The notes under the pieces: model-generated | The model's input: the letters and a program-made list of their open reading frames with translations, nothing else | Databases searched by the model: none | What the model was told of the DNA's origin: nothing | Source: Treponemataceae bacterium | GTDB lineage: Bacteria > Spirochaetota > Spirochaetia > Treponematales > Rectinemataceae | Assembly (NCBI GenBank): GCA_963678065.2 | Contig: CAXXVZ010000003.1 | Location: 1,632,001-1,696,000, forward strand | DNA: 64,000 bases | Reading direction: 5' to 3' | Position numbers and translations under genes: made by a program | Shown here: positions 47,218-57,047 of the stretch, in pieces | Layout of the letters: each line of letters opens with the position of its first letter | How positions within the stretch are numbered: the first letter of the stretch is position 1

Positions 47218-47324
47218 GGATGGAGTGTAGGGCCCGCACCGTCATGCCGTCAATCGCGGTGCCGCATCCTGACCGCAAACTGCCATATTGATGGGATGGT
47301 CCGCGCGGGTCTATGATTCCCCGC

Positions 47325-48173
47325 GTGAAATCGAACTACCACACGCATTCGACATTCTGCGACGGCAAGGCCGACGCCGCGACGATGGCGCAGGCCGCCC
47401 ATGACGCAGGCTACGACATACTCGGGTTCTCGTCCCACGCCCCCCTTCCCTTCGAAACGAGCTGGAACCTTCCCACCTCGAAGGCCGAAGACTACCGCGC
47501 GGAGATCCGGAGACTTGAGAAAGAGTGGAAGCCGAAGGGGCTCGAAATCCTCCTCGGACTGGAGATTGACTGGATCGAGGGACAGTCCTCATCGGCAGAC
47601 CACCGCTTCGACCCCCTCGGACTCGACTTCAAGCTCGGATCCACACACTTCGTGAAGCCGGGAACCGGAGAGCCATTCGCGGTCGACGAGCCGGAAAAGG
47701 CGTTTCTAGAGCACCTCGATCGCGAGGCGGGCGGCGACTACCGCAGCGTGTACCGGCACTACTACCGCAACCTGTCCTCTATGATACTGGAGGGCGGATT
47801 CGACATACTTGGTCATTTCGACCTTGTCCGGAAGAACAACAGGAACGGAGTCTTCTTCGACGAGGAGGGGCACGATTACCTTTCCGCCGCCATGGAGGCC
47901 GCCGAGCTCCTTTCCGGACGGGATTTTGTCGTCGAGGTGAACACGGGCGGCATGGCGCGGGGAAAGACGCGCACTCCCTATCCCTCGCTCGCCATCATGA
48001 AGCGCCTGAAGAAGATGGAGATCAGGATCACGTTCTGCGACGACGCCCACTCGCCGGCCCACTTCGGAAAGCACTGGAATGACGCGAAATCGCTGGCCCA
48101 GGCCGCGGGCTTCCGGAGCATCGCTATTTTTTCCAAAGGGATCTGGAGCGAGCGGGACATCGACGAAATCTGA
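47325..48173 (+). CDS. PHP-family histidinol-phosphatase (HisJ/HisK-like)
   Basis: NYHTHSTFCDG, SSHAP, GHFDL, EVNTG, DDAH; GTG 47325 preferred as start. Confidence 0.9.
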   Translation: MKSNYHTHSTFCDGKADAATMAQAAHDAGYDILGFSSHAPLPFETSWNLPTSKAEDYRAEIRRLEKEWKPKGLEILLGLEIDWIEGQSSSADHRFDPLGLDFKLGSTHFVKPGTGEPFAVDEPEKAFLEHLDREAGGDYRSVYRHYYRNLSSMILEGGFDILGHFDLVRKNNRNGVFFDEEGHDYLSAAMEAAELLSGRDFVVEVNTGGMARGKTRTPYPSLAIMKRLKKMEIRITFCDDAHSPAHFGKHWNDAKSLAQAAGFRSIAIFSKGIWSERDIDEI

Positions 48174-48307
48174 GCGGAGCGTTCGGACTCGGGACTGCCG
48201 GACACCGCACGCGGGACCCACGCAAGGCACAGCTACCCGCGGCGGGATCCCGGCTTCCCGGGCTCCGCGCGCCCGGGTACGCGAGAGACTTGCCCTTCCT
48301 GACATGA

Positions 48308-48346
48308 AAAAAGGCTCAGGGCCTCCACACGGGGAGTCTTAAGCCT
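48308..48346 (-). terminator. Probable terminator after dksA
   Basis: Imperfect hairpin AGGCTTAAG...CTGAGCCT followed by a T run on the minus strand. Confidence 0.55.
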
Positions 48347-48376
48347 GCGCTGTTCCCGGCAACTTTGTGGCTCAAC

Positions 48377-48733
48377 TTATCTGTTGCGTCGCTCCTCGCC
48401 TTTCTGACACTCGATGCACAGCACGGCGTAGGGGATGGCGATGAGGCGCTCCTGGGGTATCTTCTTGTTGCACTTCATGCACTGACCGTACCTGCCCTGG
48501 TTGATGCGCGAGAGGGCCGCGTCGATGGCCTTCAGGCGCTTGATCTCCTGACTGCCCAGCGCCTCGATCATCTTCCGGTCGATATCGTCGGAAGCCACGT
48601 CGGCGAAATCTTTGGGATCCATCTCCTCGACTATGGCGCGAAAATCCGCGTTCGTCGCGACAAGTGTATCGAGGATAACCTTTTTCTGGGCAACCAGCGA
48701 GTCCCACATCTGTTCGGAAAAACTCTTGTCCAT
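48377..48733 (-). CDS. dksA: DksA/TraR-family Zn-finger protein
   Basis: DFADVA (DxxDxA) tip; CMKC...ERLIAIPYAVLCIEC. Confidence 0.88.
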   Translation of the reverse strand: MDKSFSEQMWDSLVAQKKVILDTLVATNADFRAIVEEMDPKDFADVASDDIDRKMIEALGSQEIKRLKAIDAALSRINQGRYGQCMKCNKKIPQERLIAIPYAVLCIECQKGEERRNR

Positions 48734-48967
48734 TGAAAATCCTCCTTGACCACCCTTCATGCGATTTCCGATCCGGGTCCGGCACCATGATCCATCCGCA
48801 AAAAAAAGTCAATCGGTATGCAATGCCCCCGGGAAGACCATGCAAAGCCAGGCGCGGCCCCGCGGTCACGGTTGACATTCAAGCCCATAGTACATACTAT
48901 TTTATGCGATCGCGAGAATAAAGCAAATTTCGCAACGCGAATTTCCCAAGTTTTCCAAGGAGAAACC

Positions 48968-49189
48968 GTGGCCAAAGAAGAAGCCATCGAAGTAGAAGGC
49001 ATTGTCCGGGAATCTCTTCCCAACACGATGTTCCGGGTGGAGCTCCAGAACGGCGGCCACATCATCCTCGCCCACCTCTCAGGCAAGATGCGCAAGCATT
49101 ATATCCGCATCGTTCCCGGCGATAAAGTCAAGGTCGCGCTTTCCCCCTACGATCTTTCCCGTGGCAGAATCATCTACCGCGAAAAATAA
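48968..49189 (+). CDS. infA: Translation initiation factor IF-1
   Basis: [10 protein letters not shown]...[10 protein letters not shown]...[17 protein letters not shown]...GRIIYR; AGGAG RBS; TTGACA at 48872. Confidence 0.98.
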   Translation: MAKEEAIEVEGIVRESLPNTMFRVELQNGGHIILAHLSGKMRKHYIRIVPGDKVKVALSPYDLSRGRIIYREK

Positions 49190-49812
49190 CCCGCCTTCCT
49201 GATCCGCACCCATGTCGCTCCCCGGCCTCCAAGCGACCGGTGGGCGGTGCCGTGACTACCCGCGAGGGGACTCGATTCGAGCACCTTCCTGACCACACCT
49301 GCAAGTATCGGCCCTTCCGCGGAATGGTTTCCCTTCCCGTGGACGATGAGCACATTCTCGAGTCCGCGCCGCGAACACTGGGCCAAAAAATCAAACACAG
49401 CCTTTTCGGCATCCGCCGAGCTGAGCCCGTGCAGGTCGAGCCGCGCCTGCGGCGCGCGCATGCTCATCTCCCGGCCGGAAACGGACCCGCCCTGATCTTC
49501 TTTCTCCCTCTCCGCGCCTGAATCCTTGTCCTCGACGCCATGGCCGGCAAGCCAGGCCTCGAGGGTGGAGTGGGCGTCACCCTCGCCCTGAGCCCGGTTC
49601 CTTTCAGGATTCATCCCTTCGGGATTCATTTTTTCAGGATTCATCCCTTCGGGATGGCGGGCTTTCAGGGATTTTTCGAGCGAAGGCGCGTTGGCTTTTT
49701 TTCCGCCGGACGCCGGCCTCTCTCCGTCCTTACCTCCCCGCCTTGTGCCCGCACCTTCCCTTTTCGCCTTTTCGAGGGCTTCCCACCTGTCGAGAATATC
49801 TTTGAAATCCAT
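49174..49812 (-). CDS. Smr-domain protein
   Basis: [22 protein letters not shown]. Confidence 0.88.
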   Translation of the reverse strand: MDFKDILDRWEALEKAKREGAGTRRGGKDGERPASGGKKANAPSLEKSLKARHPEGMNPEKMNPEGMNPERNRAQGEGDAHSTLEAWLAGHGVEDKDSGAEREKEDQGGSVSGREMSMRAPQARLDLHGLSSADAEKAVFDFLAQCSRRGLENVLIVHGKGNHSAEGPILAGVVRKVLESSPLAGSHGTAHRSLGGRGATWVRIRKAGYFSR

Positions 49813-50039
49813 CACCGATCGTTCCGATTCATGATTTTCCACCATAGCACATCGATTCTTTTTTATTCGACTCCCGACCAATATCTATTTTTATTTATAT
49901 TCATTTTCATTCATCATATTGAAAACACCCAGATGATGGTGCGGACCGGGAAGGGATGGGAGTTCCGCCGCTATGCGCCTTGGCACCCTTGCGCCCTTGC
50001 GTTGCCCCGCTTTAGGGACTATTTTTAGAGTCGGAGCCC

Positions 50040-51308
50040 ATGATGCGCAGTGCACGCCGATACACCCCGACCAACTCTCGCTTCTTCACAACCCTTGTCC
50101 GCTGGACATACGGTATCTGGCTGAGGCTCGCATACAACATCCAGGTGGTCGGCCTGGACAGGGTGCGGAATCTCCACCCCCCATTCGTCCTCGTCGGCAA
50201 CCACACGAACATACTCGATCCTTTCATACTGAACGCCATCATCCCGCACCCGATCCACTGGGTCACGAGCGACGGCAACATGAGGAAGCCGCTCATCCGC
50301 TTTCTTCTCCTCAAGCTGGTCGGATCCATCCCGAAATCCAAGGCTATTCCCGACATCGAGACGGTCAACTGGATCGTCGAGGTTATCCGGAAAAAGAGGG
50401 GCGTCGTCGGCCTCTTCCCCGAAGGACAGGCGAGCTGGGATGGCTGCACCATCCCCTCCTATCATTCCACAGCCAAGCTCCTCAAAATCCTGAAGGCCCC
50501 TGTTCTCCTCGGAAAGACCCAGGGCGGCTATCTTTCTTTGCCCCGCTGGACGAAGTTCCGGCGCAGGGGCAGAATCATCCTCGACTTTTCGATCCTCTTC
50601 ACGCCCGAAGAGCTCAAGATCCTCTCGCCCGACGGGATATACGCCAGACTCGAGGCGGGACTTTTCCACGACGAGACGGCCTGGGAGGAAAAAAACCGCA
50701 TCGCTTTTGCCCACCCGCGGCGCGCCGAGAACCTCGAACTCGCCCTCTTCATGTGTCCTTCCTGTTCCTCCGTCGCGACGATGAGGAGTTCCGGCGACCG
50801 GTTCTTCTGTAGCTCCTGCGGTCTCGGACTTCGGTTCGACGCGTACGGCCGCCTCTCCGCTCCGGAAGAGGAGGGGCGGGAGTCCGGGAATCCGACAGGA
50901 AGCCAAGGCGCATCGACACCCGCGACCGTCCGCGAGTGGGAGGCCTGGCAGCGGAAGGCATTCCGCGAGTACGTCCTCCAAGCGGCGGCGAAAGGGAATG
51001 AGACTCCACTGCTCTCCTCCGAAAACGTCAGGCTCTCGCGGGGCTGGAGGATGGAAAGGATGAAGGATATCGGACGCGGACGCCTCGCCCTGTACCGGGA
51101 CAGACTCGATTTCACTCCCGGAACGGGCCCCGCGCTGTCCATTCCCGCGGCCGATATCGAGGGACCGGGGGTCCTCAAGAAAAACCTCTTCGAATTTTAT
51201 GTAGAAAAATCGGTCTACAGGGCAACATTCCCCGACCTGAGCCACACCGGCAGGTCCTGGGCGGCTGCCCTCGAAATACTCGGCGAAAAGGCGGCTGCCA
51301 GGACCTGA
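50040..51308 (+). CDS. PlsC-like acyltransferase with C-terminal Zn-ribbon domain
   Basis: NHTNILD, FPEG, CPSC...CSSC. Confidence 0.88.
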   Translation: MMRSARRYTPTNSRFFTTLVRWTYGIWLRLAYNIQVVGLDRVRNLHPPFVLVGNHTNILDPFILNAIIPHPIHWVTSDGNMRKPLIRFLLLKLVGSIPKSKAIPDIETVNWIVEVIRKKRGVVGLFPEGQASWDGCTIPSYHSTAKLLKILKAPVLLGKTQGGYLSLPRWTKFRRRGRIILDFSILFTPEELKILSPDGIYARLEAGLFHDETAWEEKNRIAFAHPRRAENLELALFMCPSCSSVATMRSSGDRFFCSSCGLGLRFDAYGRLSAPEEEGRESGNPTGSQGASTPATVREWEAWQRKAFREYVLQAAAKGNETPLLSSENVRLSRGWRMERMKDIGRGRLALYRDRLDFTPGTGPALSIPAADIEGPGVLKKNLFEFYVEKSVYRATFPDLSHTGRSWAAALEILGEKAAART

Positions 51309-51337
51309 TCATCCGGACAGGCCGCGGGGAGGAAAAC

Positions 51338-52828
51338 ATGGGAAACCACAGAACGACCATCATCGCGGCCTCGGCCTTCATCCTCGCGGCACTCATCCTG
51401 CCGCTGGCTCCCGTTCCTGCGGGAGCTCAGATCCCGATCACCCGGGGCAATCCCGGCTGGACGCTCCAGGCGCTCGATCCCGCTGATCTCGATGCCATCG
51501 CCGCGTCGCTCGGAGCCAGGGCCGGGGTCATGATCGTGCAGATAGAGCCCGGATCGAGGGCGGCGGCGGCTGGATGCGTTCAGGGCGAAGTGGTCTGCGC
51601 CGCCGGCGGCAGAATGGTGGACTCCCCCGCAGCCCTGGAACAAACCCTCGCCGCTCTCTCCGGAACGGTCGAACTCGTCGGATTCGTCGTAGGAGCGGAC
51701 GGGAACCTCCAGGTCGTGAAGCGGATTCTCGCCCCGGCGGCCGCAGCGGCTTCTCCCGCACAGAACCCGGCGAGCCCGCCGCTCTCGGCGCTGCGCCAGG
51801 CTTTGGCACAATCCGGCACGGCCTCAAGCGCCCCTTCCCCGAACCCCGCACAGGGTCCGGTGTCCGGACCAGGGCTTGGAGCAGCGCCCGCACAATCGGG
51901 GGCCGCAGGAAAAACGAGCGCCAACGATCTTTCCCGGACCGGGACGACCTACCGTCACCCCGTCGGTTTCGTCTTCTGGTATCCCGCATCATTCACGATC
52001 CGGGAGATCGAGAATGGAATCGAACTCGTGCCTTCTCCGGCACGAGGCGCCACGACCATCCAGCCTGGTGGGGGTGCACAGCAGTCGGAGATGTATTTCG
52101 TGACGGGGGAATCCGCCCAGGGCATCACATCCCCCTTCGATCAGAGGGTGGTCTCCTACCTCGACAATCTCGTTCAGACGAAAGTTTCTCCCTACCTCAA
52201 GCGGACGGCGGCTCCCGCGCGTGTGGCGATGACTGACGGCGAGGGTATGTTGATGGAGTGGTCGGCTCCCGGGCAGAGCGGCGTGACTGTCATCGCGAGG
52301 ATCTACACGTCCATCATGAAGGGATTCGGCGTCTTCCTCGGGGCGGTCGGAGACAAGAGCCTCGTCGACGCGCGCGAAGCGGACATAAAGGGAATGTTCG
52401 CCTCCTTCGCCTTCGAGGCGGGCAAGCTCGACCAGGCGATCGCGGGGAGCTGGCAGCTCTTCTCGACGCGGGAGATCCGCAACGAGGATAATCTGAATTT
52501 CACGATCGACGATCCGAGACGCGCTTCGATGGTTTCAGATGAGCAGACGAGTCTCGAACTCTTCCCGGACGGAAGCGCGCGGAGAACCTCGCTGTCGCGC
52601 ACGATTGCCCACGGAGGAGTTTCGGGAGGAAGCTCGACTGTCTGGATCGATTCAGGCGACCAGAAGACCGTGAAACAGGGCAGGTGGAACGCGGGCAACG
52701 GAACCCTGTTCATCATGTGGCAGGACAAGGGCATGGAGCAGTGGCAGTACGGCCTCGTCCGGGACGCGGGCGGGATCTCGCTCAAACTGGCGAACGCGGG
52801 CAGGATACAGTTCTGGCAGAAGCGGTGA
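51338..52828 (+). CDS. Secreted multidomain hypothetical protein (PDZ-like N-terminus)
   Basis: Signal peptide; GVMIVQIEPGSRAAAAG; Pro/Ala/Ser linker; GGAGG RBS. Confidence 0.7.
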   Translation: MGNHRTTIIAASAFILAALILPLAPVPAGAQIPITRGNPGWTLQALDPADLDAIAASLGARAGVMIVQIEPGSRAAAAGCVQGEVVCAAGGRMVDSPAALEQTLAALSGTVELVGFVVGADGNLQVVKRILAPAAAAASPAQNPASPPLSALRQALAQSGTASSAPSPNPAQGPVSGPGLGAAPAQSGAAGKTSANDLSRTGTTYRHPVGFVFWYPASFTIREIENGIELVPSPARGATTIQPGGGAQQSEMYFVTGESAQGITSPFDQRVVSYLDNLVQTKVSPYLKRTAAPARVAMTDGEGMLMEWSAPGQSGVTVIARIYTSIMKGFGVFLGAVGDKSLVDAREADIKGMFASFAFEAGKLDQAIAGSWQLFSTREIRNEDNLNFTIDDPRRASMVSDEQTSLELFPDGSARRTSLSRTIAHGGVSGGSSTVWIDSGDQKTVKQGRWNAGNGTLFIMWQDKGMEQWQYGLVRDAGGISLKLANAGRIQFWQKR

Positions 52829-52835
52829 GGGCGAT

Positions 52836-52914
52836 CGGGCGATCCGCCTGCAACAATCGCCGAGGCGTCGGACGCAGTCGCGCCGAAGCCTCGGCGATTG
52901 TCAGTGATCGCCCG
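52836..52914. repeat. Long intergenic stem-loop between convergent genes
   Basis: ACAATCGCCGAGGC (52853-52866) / GCCTCGGCGATTGT (52888-52901) with outer CGGGCGATC/GATCGCCCG. Confidence 0.75.
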
Positions 52915-52928
52915 CCCGGTTCATCGTT

Positions 52929-54335
52929 TCATCCGCGATACCAGAGCTGTCCCGGCTTGTCGAAGCTCTTCTTCTTCGCGATGGCCATGTAGGTGATCAG
53001 CACATACAGCATGTATCCCGCGGCCACAGCCATCATGAGCCAGTAGTAGAACATCGAACCCGTCGTGTAGGCCTTGGCCGGAAGGTTGATGCTCATGATG
53101 AAGGGGATGGCCAGGAGGAAAGTGAGTCCCGCCGAAAGCATGTAGTCCGAGGCCACCGAGGTTTTGAACTCCGGATCGGTGACTCTGAGGAGGGCGAGGC
53201 CGGTGGACAGTGTCCCGGTGGAGACGCCGTATATCATGAGCATGCGCTCGAACTTGTAGTCCCGGAACATCCGCGAGCAGACCCAAGGCATGATGATGAA
53301 GGTCATTACGCCGCAGATCGTCGACATGGTGAGGATGGGAAACCAGTACTTGCCGATGAAGACTAAGGATATCGCGGCGATCGAGCCCGCGAGCATGTAG
53401 TCGACGGAGAATCCCGAGATGCGCGAGAGGGTGTCGTCGTCGAAGGTCTTCCCGAGCTTCAGGGCGTCGAGGATCTTGCGTACGATTATGGCCGTGAGGG
53501 CGGAGAAGATGAAATTGATACCCCAGAGGTTGACCGCCAGTTCGTGGCCGGCGTTTCCGGCGAGGGAGAGAAGCATGGTCAGGCCCTTCAGGAAGAGGAA
53601 GGAGAGGAAATAGGTCACGACGACGATGGCGACGTGGAAGCTGAAGGAATCGACAGCCTCCGAGTCCGTGACGAGCCGCGCGCCGATGGGTCTCTCCTTC
53701 CCTGCCGGGATCATTCCGGTAAGAATGGTCTTGTCTTTGAGGGCATCGAGGCCCTTGCCTCCGAGCCAACCCCGCTTGAGGCCCATGTTGATGAGAATCA
53801 CGCCGCCGAAGCAGGCCCACAGGTAGCCGAGCGCGGCCATGGTCAGACCGACCGTGGAAGCGCCGTCGAATCCCATGCCTTCCCATCCGTGGCCGATCGC
53901 GTAGGCCTGGCCCGGTCCGAGGGCGAAGCCGAGGGGCAGGAAGAGACCGAAGGCGGGATGGATAGCTGGCAGGAAGAGAAGCGTCAGGCCGAGTCCGAGG
54001 AGGGTCTGTGTCGCGTAGCCGAGAAGAATGCCCGTAGACATGCCGAGCACGCCGCCCCCTTTGTGTCCTTTCACCTTTGGAGGGGAGGACCTGAGGCTCA
54101 TGGCGATGAAAGAGATGTTGAGCAGGTGATAGACGAGTTCGCCTATCTTGTTCTCGTTGTAGCCGACCGAGGGCATGAGGTAATTGTAGATCGGAAGGAG
54201 GAAGAAGCCCGCGGTCAGCGCGTTGGGGATGAGATACTTCTGGAAGAACCGGAATTTGGAACGCAGGACGGTCGCCAGGATCAGTGCCGCCGAGATCGCG
54301 CCCGCGTCGATGACAACTTTCCAGGAAAACTCCAT
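52929..54335 (-). CDS. Sodium:glutamate symporter (GltS/ESS family)-like
   Basis: FQKYLIPNALTAG, GFALGPGQA, YGVSTGT; many TMs; AAGGAG RBS. Confidence 0.85.
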   Translation of the reverse strand: MEFSWKVVIDAGAISAALILATVLRSKFRFFQKYLIPNALTAGFFLLPIYNYLMPSVGYNENKIGELVYHLLNISFIAMSLRSSPPKVKGHKGGGVLGMSTGILLGYATQTLLGLGLTLLFLPAIHPAFGLFLPLGFALGPGQAYAIGHGWEGMGFDGASTVGLTMAALGYLWACFGGVILINMGLKRGWLGGKGLDALKDKTILTGMIPAGKERPIGARLVTDSEAVDSFSFHVAIVVVTYFLSFLFLKGLTMLLSLAGNAGHELAVNLWGINFIFSALTAIIVRKILDALKLGKTFDDDTLSRISGFSVDYMLAGSIAAISLVFIGKYWFPILTMSTICGVMTFIIMPWVCSRMFRDYKFERMLMIYGVSTGTLSTGLALLRVTDPEFKTSVASDYMLSAGLTFLLAIPFIMSINLPAKAYTTGSMFYYWLMMAVAAGYMLYVLITYMAIAKKKSFDKPGQLWYRG

Positions 54336-54484
54336 GTGTACGCTCCTTGCCGGCATTGTATACGCGCCAGGGCGCCGCAACAAGCCGCAGGGATTGTCTT
54401 AACCAAATTCAAACCGACGAGGGGCACCCGCGAGAAGCGCGGAGAGCTTTACCGGCGCGTCCGCGGGGGTGGATACTTGGGGAC

Positions 54485-54946
54485 ATGGACGACAGGGACA
54501 TTGCGCGGCTTTCGGCCTGCAGGCTCTTTTCCGGGGTCGGACCGGCCGAGCTGAAAAAAAGCCTGCAGGCTTCAGGCCTTTCGGTCAGGCAATTCGAGGA
54601 AGGAGCAGTGATCGTGACGGTGGGGTCGATCTGCTCCTCGCTCATGGTCGTGCTCGAGGGCGAAGCGCGCGCAGAGATGACCAACGACGAGGGCAAGACT
54701 TTCGCGGTGGAAATCCTGCGGGCGGGAGAAGCTGTGGCCACGGCCATTCTCTTCTCGCCCCGGAAGATCATGCCCGTCACCCTCGTCGCGGCGAAAAGGA
54801 CGAGCCTCGCCGAGCTATTCGGCGTCGCGAGGCCGAGTCTCTCGCGGGAATTGGGAGAGATGGAGAAGCGGGGCTACATAGCGATGGGAGGACGGGACAT
54901 CAGGATACTTGACAGAGAAGGATTGCGCAGCCTCCGCTCCCTCTGA
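54485..54946 (+). CDS. Crp/Fnr-family regulator, internally shortened (153 aa)
   Basis: cNMP-like barrel followed directly by LAELFGVARPSLSREL HTH. Confidence 0.75.
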   Translation: MDDRDIARLSACRLFSGVGPAELKKSLQASGLSVRQFEEGAVIVTVGSICSSLMVVLEGEARAEMTNDEGKTFAVEILRAGEAVATAILFSPRKIMPVTLVAAKRTSLAELFGVARPSLSRELGEMEKRGYIAMGGRDIRILDREGLRSLRSL

Positions 54947-55011
54947 GCGCGGAGGACCTGCATGCGCAAAGCCTCGCGGACCGCCGATTGTGCGAGGCGG
55001 TCCGCCTTCAG

Positions 55012-55887
55012 TCAATTCCCGGCCTCGCCATCCCCCCCGCCGCCGGCCGGGGCGGAGTTTCGGGCTTTGTCGACGAACTCGTCGATGAGGAAACGCGCAA
55101 CACTCCCCGGAGGCGGAATGGCGGGCAGGTCAAAAGGCGTGCACCAGCGGAGTTCCGCGATTTCCACTCCGTCGGGGCGGGCCTCTCCTGACGCCCATCG
55201 GGCCGTAAAGGCCACCATGAGCGAGTCGGGGAAAGGCCAAGGCTGGGAAGTCCTGTAGGTGATGGAGTCGACCTCGATGCCCGCTTCCTCCCGTGTTTCC
55301 CGCCTGACAGTTTCCTCGAGGGTCTCGCCCGCCTCGACGAAGCCCGCGATGAGCCCGAAGCGCCCCGCGGGGAAGCGGGAATTGCGCGCGAGGAGGGCCT
55401 TGTCGCCCTTGCGCACGAGAGTGATGACGGCGGGAGAGATTTTGGGAAAATGTACCCGACCGCAGGCCGTGCAGATTCGGCCGCCGGTATCCTGTCCCAC
55501 CGCGTCGGCGAGGGGCGATCCACAGGCCCCGCAATATCGGGCGCCCCTGATCCAGGTCGATAGCGCGAGTCCTTTCAAAAATGCCCTCACCTCTTCGTGA
55601 GGATAGACGGCGATGGCCTGCCGCACCTGCAGTCTGCCCGCTCCCGCGGCGACGAGCCTCAGCACCTCATCTTCCTCTATGGAAAAGGAGAGGTACCCGG
55701 CATCGTTCCACTCGAAAGCCCGCGAATCCTCAGGCGAAGGAAGCGGGAATCCTCCGGGAAGGGTAAAGGAAGCGTCGAACCAGGATGGAGCGTCGGGATT
55801 GCCGGGCACGATGATGTCCTGGCCGGAAAAAACGAAAATTCTCGATATGGGATGAGTAATCGGTGTCTCGGACATGATGGCCGACAT
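55012..55887 (-). CDS. nudC: NAD(H) diphosphatase
   Basis: CGACG...CTACG, AGFVEAGETLEE, REEAG, SQPWPFPDSLM; start 55887 or 55875. Confidence 0.93.
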   Translation of the reverse strand: MSAIMSETPITHPISRIFVFSGQDIIVPGNPDAPSWFDASFTLPGGFPLPSPEDSRAFEWNDAGYLSFSIEEDEVLRLVAAGAGRLQVRQAIAVYPHEEVRAFLKGLALSTWIRGARYCGACGSPLADAVGQDTGGRICTACGRVHFPKISPAVITLVRKGDKALLARNSRFPAGRFGLIAGFVEAGETLEETVRRETREEAGIEVDSITYRTSQPWPFPDSLMVAFTARWASGEARPDGVEIAELRWCTPFDLPAIPPPGSVARFLIDEFVDKARNSAPAGGGGDGEAGN

Positions 55888-55995
55888 CCTACACTCGAGG
55901 GGAAGGTTCGGGCGAGGGGTCGCCCTTCGCTTGCCCGCGCGACGATGAACGATCTCGCGGCTGACTGGGGGCATGAGGCCCACTTCCGAATTTGA

Positions 55996-57018
55996 TCAGG
56001 GAACGAGTCCGGCCTTGCGCAACCGGGCGAGAACGTCTTCACGTTTGGCGAGGACAGGGAGGAAGAGAAGTTCGTCGACAGCCTGCTGGTCCGAAAATCC
56101 AAGGGCGAGGGCCTTGTCGAGAGCGGCCAGTCCTCCCGGTCCATCCTCGGCGACGGCGAGCCTGAGCCGGGCGAGCGTGAACAGAGCCTTGGCCATGGCG
56201 GCCTGTTTCTCTGCCGACGCCGATGCGGTGCCGGGACTTCCCGATGCGGACCCCGCCTTGCTGGATGATCCCGCCGGCCCGGAAGAAGACCCAGCCACAG
56301 TCCCTGCAGCCGTCTCCTTCGGAGGAACGGAGGCGGAGGCCGTACCCGCCGCCAACACTTCCATCGCGAGGGCGTAGTTGCCGCGCGATTCATACATGGC
56401 TCCCATGCGGATGAGAGTCGCAAAGTCCGCCTTGCCCGCCTTCCTGAGGCTTTCGTAGACGGTCAGCGCGGTCGCATCGTCGCCCGACTCGTCGCAGAGG
56501 CGTCCGTAGAGCATGGCCGACTGATAGTCGTCCGGAACGGCCTCGAAGAGCCTCGCGAGGTCGGCGATGGCTTCGGTCTTGCGGCCGGCGCGGCTCTTGA
56601 GGAGGGCAGCGTTGTAGACGGCGTCGGGCGAGAGCGGGTTCTGGGCCAGCACTTTCTCGTAGACAGCGAGCGCCGCCGTATCCTGGCCCGAGCGGGCGAG
56701 GGAATAGGCCTTGAGCGAGAGGACCCTGACATTGGTCGGGTCGCCGGCGAGCAGGCTGTCCGCGGCCGCGATGGCCTTCCGGTACTCCCCCGACTCGGCG
56801 AACGCGCGCACCATGTTGTAGGAGGCGCCGAGCAGTTTCGGATCGAGCTCCATGGCGCGGCTCCAGGCTGAGCCGGCCCTGGCCCACTCCCCCTTCTCGG
56901 CCCAGGCGTTCCCGATGGCGAGCCACTCGTGGGCCTGAACGGTCGCGGGAGCAGTGGCGCAGGAGGCGAGCAGCAGTCCCGACAGCACGAGGACAGCGAC
57001 TGAGAAAGCCGCGGCCAC
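55996..57018 (-). CDS. TPR-repeat lipoprotein
   Basis: Lipobox LLASC; multiple TPRs; start uncertain. Confidence 0.8.
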   Translation of the reverse strand: MAAAFSVAVLVLSGLLLASCATAPATVQAHEWLAIGNAWAEKGEWARAGSAWSRAMELDPKLLGASYNMVRAFAESGEYRKAIAAADSLLAGDPTNVRVLSLKAYSLARSGQDTAALAVYEKVLAQNPLSPDAVYNAALLKSRAGRKTEAIADLARLFEAVPDDYQSAMLYGRLCDESGDDATALTVYESLRKAGKADFATLIRMGAMYESRGNYALAMEVLAAGTASASVPPKETAAGTVAGSSSGPAGSSSKAGSASGSPGTASASAEKQAAMAKALFTLARLRLAVAEDGPGGLAALDKALALGFSDQQAVDELLFLPVLAKREDVLARLRKAGLVP

Positions 57019-57047
57019 GCCGGAGCTGCCGGCAGCCGGCCGACAGG

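Noticed and set aside
48174..48310. tRNA or ncRNA in the GC-rich spacer
   Set aside because: No cloverleaf or recognisable RNA family motif
49850..49930. AT-rich tract as origin or foreign DNA
   Set aside because: Short, lies between divergent genes, no DnaA boxes seen; likely promoter DNA
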